Below, one piece after another: positions 15,021 to 16,741 of a stretch of 16,741 nucleotides of DNA. How positions within the stretch are numbered: position 1 is the stretch's first letter; every line of letters starts with the position of its first letter. The stretch covers positions 1 to 16,741 of the forward strand of contig JBDKFG010000086.1 of NCBI GenBank assembly GCA_039798785.1, written 5' to 3'. Both the position numbers and the translations under genes were made by a program. The stretch is from Verrucomicrobiota bacterium. GTDB taxonomy: Bacteria; Verrucomicrobiota; Lentisphaeria; Lentisphaerales; Lentisphaeraceae. The notes beneath the pieces are model-generated. The model saw only the letters and a list, made by a program, of their open reading frames with translations. It was not told the origin of the DNA and made no database searches.

Positions 15021-16025
15021 TCAACGGACCTTGTTCATGAAGGACTCAAAGACTTCAAAGACGGCGGGGTCGAAGAGCTTGCCGCTTTGTGTCTTCATGA
15101 AGCGGAGAAGATCCTGGTGCGCCTGGCCGTTAAACTGGGTTTCCTCGTCATAATAATCGCAGAGCCTGAGGATGCGGGCTTCGAGCGGCACGTTCTCGCC
15201 TTTCAGACCGAGATAGCCAGTGCCGTCGTAATTCTCGTGGTGTACGGCGACCAGTTCCATCGCAGCGGCAAAACCTTCCATGCCGCGGAGGATGCGTATG
15301 CCGGTCTGGGGGTGGGTGCGGTAGTTTTTCTGATCAGGGCCGGAGAGATAGGCTTCGGGAGTGGTGCGGAGATGCTCGGGCATCAAAGCGAGCCCGAAGT
15401 CATGGGCCAGGGAAGCCAGCTGCAAGGCATCCATTTGCACTGGCGACAGGTTCATCCGGCTGCCTGTCTGGGCGGCGAGGACGGCGACGCGACGGCAATG
15501 CCGGGCGAGAGGGCGGCTGGACTGTTCCAGGATGTCGCCGACAGCGGCGATTTCGGCTTCATGGTTGCGGCGGATGTATTCGTCGAGCTTGATGATCTGG
15601 CGGTCGCGATCGCGCAGTGTCTCTTCTAGGGCCCTGAGGGTCCTCGCGCGGGAGATCAGCTTGACGGCGGAGTTGAGCATGATGCGAAGCTGGGCCAGCT
15701 GCCAGGGCTTGCTGATGAAATAGGCGACGTCGGCCTTGGTCATCTCGTCTTCAAGTGAGCTGAGGTCGCTGAAACCGCTGAAGAGGATCTTGACGATTTC
15801 CGGATTGTAGGCGGTGACCCGACGGAAGAATTCGATGCCTGAGAGGTCAGGCATGCGGTAGTCGGCAACGACGATGTCGAAGGGCTCGGCCGCCAGCATC
15901 TCCAAGGCGATGGTGCAGGATGTGACGGTTTTGCAATGAAGTTCGTCGCTGAGGCTCATGAAGTGGATCTTCAAGAGATCGGCGATCTTCAGGTCGTCAT
16001 CGACTATGAGAATGTTGACATGCAT
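15021..16025 (-). CDS. Response regulator with REC and HD-GYP-like domain (RpfG family, degenerate motifs)
   Basis: REC: ILIVDDD, VVADYRMP, FSG, ISKPW. After a coiled coil, the HD domain has HCRRV, AHDFG, YRTHP, HHENYDGTGYLGLKGENVPLEARIL..CDYYD and SGKLFDP. Confidence 0.88.
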   Translation of the reverse strand: MHVNILIVDDDLKIADLLKIHFMSLSDELHCKTVTSCTIALEMLAAEPFDIVVADYRMPDLSGIEFFRRVTAYNPEIVKILFSGFSDLSSLEDEMTKADVAYFISKPWQLAQLRIMLNSAVKLISRARTLRALEETLRDRDRQIIKLDEYIRRNHEAEIAAVGDILEQSSRPLARHCRRVAVLAAQTGSRMNLSPVQMDALQLASLAHDFGLALMPEHLRTTPEAYLSGPDQKNYRTHPQTGIRILRGMEGFAAAMELVAVHHENYDGTGYLGLKGENVPLEARILRLCDYYDEETQFNGQAHQDLLRFMKTQSGKLFDPAVFEVFESFMNKVR

Positions 16026-16044
16026 GCAGACCTCTCTGAGTCAC

Positions 16045-16740
16045 TTAATCTAGCTTGGCTTTTTTCTTGTGCTTGCCGAGGAGGGCTTCTATTTCGGCAT
16101 CGTTGACCAGGGAGTCGGAGAGTTTCGGTTCGGGGCCATTGGAGAGGATGATGCGACTGCTGTGGCGGTGCTCGGCCCAATAAAGCTTGTCACGCTCCCA
16201 TGCTTCGGATTCTTTTTGGGTCTGTTGCAGCCGGGCCAAGGCGAGCAGGTCATTCAGTTCCTTTTGGGAAACCGTGGATCGGCGGATCGCTTCGCTGAGC
16301 TTGAGTTCCGGGATTTTTTGGGGCGGCGGGGGTGGGGTTTGGGCGGCTGCAGCCAGGAGCTTGTCTATGTCTCCTTGTTCGAGATTGCCGCTTTGATCTA
16401 TAGCTTGAGCGGTGTAGACCGTGCTCTTTCTGGCGAGTTTCGGTGCCGAGGCGAGGAGAGCATCGATGTCAGTTTGAGAAATCGAGTTTCCCTCACTCTT
16501 GGTCATGGAAGCTTGAACTTGTGTAGAAGCCGAGGCCTGGGCGAGCAGTTTGTCGATGTCGCTTTGATCGAGGGAGACCGGCTCTGGGGCCTTGGCGGGA
16601 GCCATGGCCTGGGCGAGCAGTTTGTCGATGTCGCTTTGATCAAGGGAGACCGGCTCTGGGGCCTTGGCGGGAGCCGAGGCCTGGGCGAGCAGTTTGTCGA
16701 TGTCGCTTTGATCGAGGGAGACCGGCTCTGGGGCCTTGGC
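16045..16740 (-). CDS. Low-complexity protein with at least 7 FliM-N/CheZ-C-like 'QxDIDxLL' helices (5'-truncated by the window edge)
   Basis: The frame of the 16045..16605 ORF stays open to the window end, so the ATG at 16605 is internal to a repeat unit. Motifs: LDQSDIDKLLA x3, ISQTDIDALLA, LEQGDIDKLLA, VSQKELNDLLA and VNDAEIEALLG. The gene ends 19 bp before the REC-HD-GYP start. Confidence 0.8.
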   Translation of the reverse strand, partial: AKAPEPVSLDQSDIDKLLAQASAPAKAPEPVSLDQSDIDKLLAQAMAPAKAPEPVSLDQSDIDKLLAQASASTQVQASMTKSEGNSISQTDIDALLASAPKLARKSTVYTAQAIDQSGNLEQGDIDKLLAAAAQTPPPPPQKIPELKLSEAIRRSTVSQKELNDLLALARLQQTQKESEAWERDKLYWAEHRHSSRIILSNGPEPKLSDSLVNDAEIEALLGKHKKKAKLD

Positions 16741-16741
16741 G
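16528..16741. repeat. Coding tandem repeat, 72-bp unit, at least 3 copies (runs off the window)
   Basis: Units start at 16528, 16600 and 16672 and differ at only about 3 positions. Each encodes PAKAPEPVSLDQSDIDKLLAQA(S/M)A on the minus strand. Confidence 0.95.

Noticed and set aside
16603..16605. ATG at 16605 as the start of the repeat protein
   Set aside because: It is a variant codon inside a repeat unit (TCG in the other copies). The frame is open to the window edge and has no RBS there.
16528..16741. 72-bp repeats as a CRISPR array
   Set aside because: The units are contiguous with no unique spacers, are a multiple of 3 in length, and lie in an open reading frame. No cas genes are present.

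Overview
A GC-rich bacterial window, most likely from the PVC superphylum (Lentisphaerae/Planctomycetes-like). This assignment is inferred from a PSD-type cytochrome c + DUF1552 pair, a zinc-ribbon Ser/Thr kinase and DUF1559/'FxDGHV'-type proteins. From left to right it holds: the 3' end of glmS (+); ruvB and ruvA (-); a DUF1552 protein and a diheme PSD (DUF1592-family) cytochrome c with a CBM-like insert (-); an FAD-dependent D-amino-acid dehydrogenase and a 4-hydroxyproline 2-epimerase (-); a membrane Ser/Thr kinase (-); a structured divergent intergenic region; two tandem paralogous lipoproteins ending in a pilin-like helix plus DUF1559-like domain (+); a strong terminator; and a three-gene signalling operon (-). 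That operon encodes a CckA-like hybrid kinase, a REC-HD-GYP protein with degenerate motifs, and a protein cut off by the window edge. The best candidate for an undescribed system is this last protein. It carries at least seven copies of an '[LIV]xQx[DE][IL]DxLL'-type helix resembling the phospho-CheY-binding peptides of FliM/FliY (N-terminus) and CheZ (C-terminus). Three copies lie in a near-perfect 72-bp tandem repeat, and the gene sits directly upstream of two receiver-domain proteins, suggesting a multivalent receiver-domain scaffold or sponge. All family assignments come from motif recognition by eye; no searches were run.
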